NCBI GenBank assembly: GCA_013265495.1
Contig: MU058844.1
Location: 2,211,520 to 2,275,519 of the forward strand
Direction of reading: 5' to 3'
Origin: Vicugna vicugna
Lineage: Eukaryota
Length of the DNA stretch: 64,000 nt
The notes beneath the pieces are model-generated. The model searched no databases. It was not told the origin of the DNA and saw only the letters and a program-made list of their open reading frames with translations. Below are positions 63,995 to 64,000 of the stretch, in pieces. Position 1 is the first letter of the stretch. Every line of letters starts with the position of its first letter. The translations under genes were made by a program, and so were the position numbers.

Positions 63995-64000
63995 GATATG
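63995..64000 (+). CDS. EPYC: Start of epiphycan exon 6 (truncated by window edge)
   Basis: ...ATTTACAG|GATATG gives Asp-Met in phase 0, matching the expected continuation EAFK-DMYDLHH. Only 6 nt are visible. Confidence 0.8.

Overview
AT-rich, repeat-rich mammalian genomic DNA, most likely camelid (inferred from the young LINE-1/SINE 3' tails). The only gene is EPYC (epiphycan, class III small leucine-rich proteoglycan) on the + strand. It has a TATA box (33569), non-coding exon 1 (~33600-33677), coding exons 2-5 (36040-36204, 56647-56815, 61499-61657, 62502-62704) and the first 6 nt of exon 6 at the window edge (63995-64000). All junctions are GT-AG and phase-consistent. The first ~33 kb is intergenic, filled with ancient L1, L2, MIR, MaLR/ERVL LTR and hAT MITE remnants. 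Almost all other ORFs in the track are noise. Most notable observations: (1) the Ser64-Gly65 glycosaminoglycan-attachment dipeptide of human/bovine epiphycan reads Leu-Glu here; (2) a ~220-bp inverted duplication in intron 2 has a ~93% identical inner core and sits just before an in-frame cryptic acceptor; (3) a perfect 26-bp palindrome, a strong CTCF motif, a G4 motif and a 28-bp retro-insertion with a perfect 14-bp target-site duplication (TSD). I found no evidence for a novel multi-gene system. Repeat family names and reference protein comparisons come from recalled consensus sequences, not searches; repeat boundaries are approximate.
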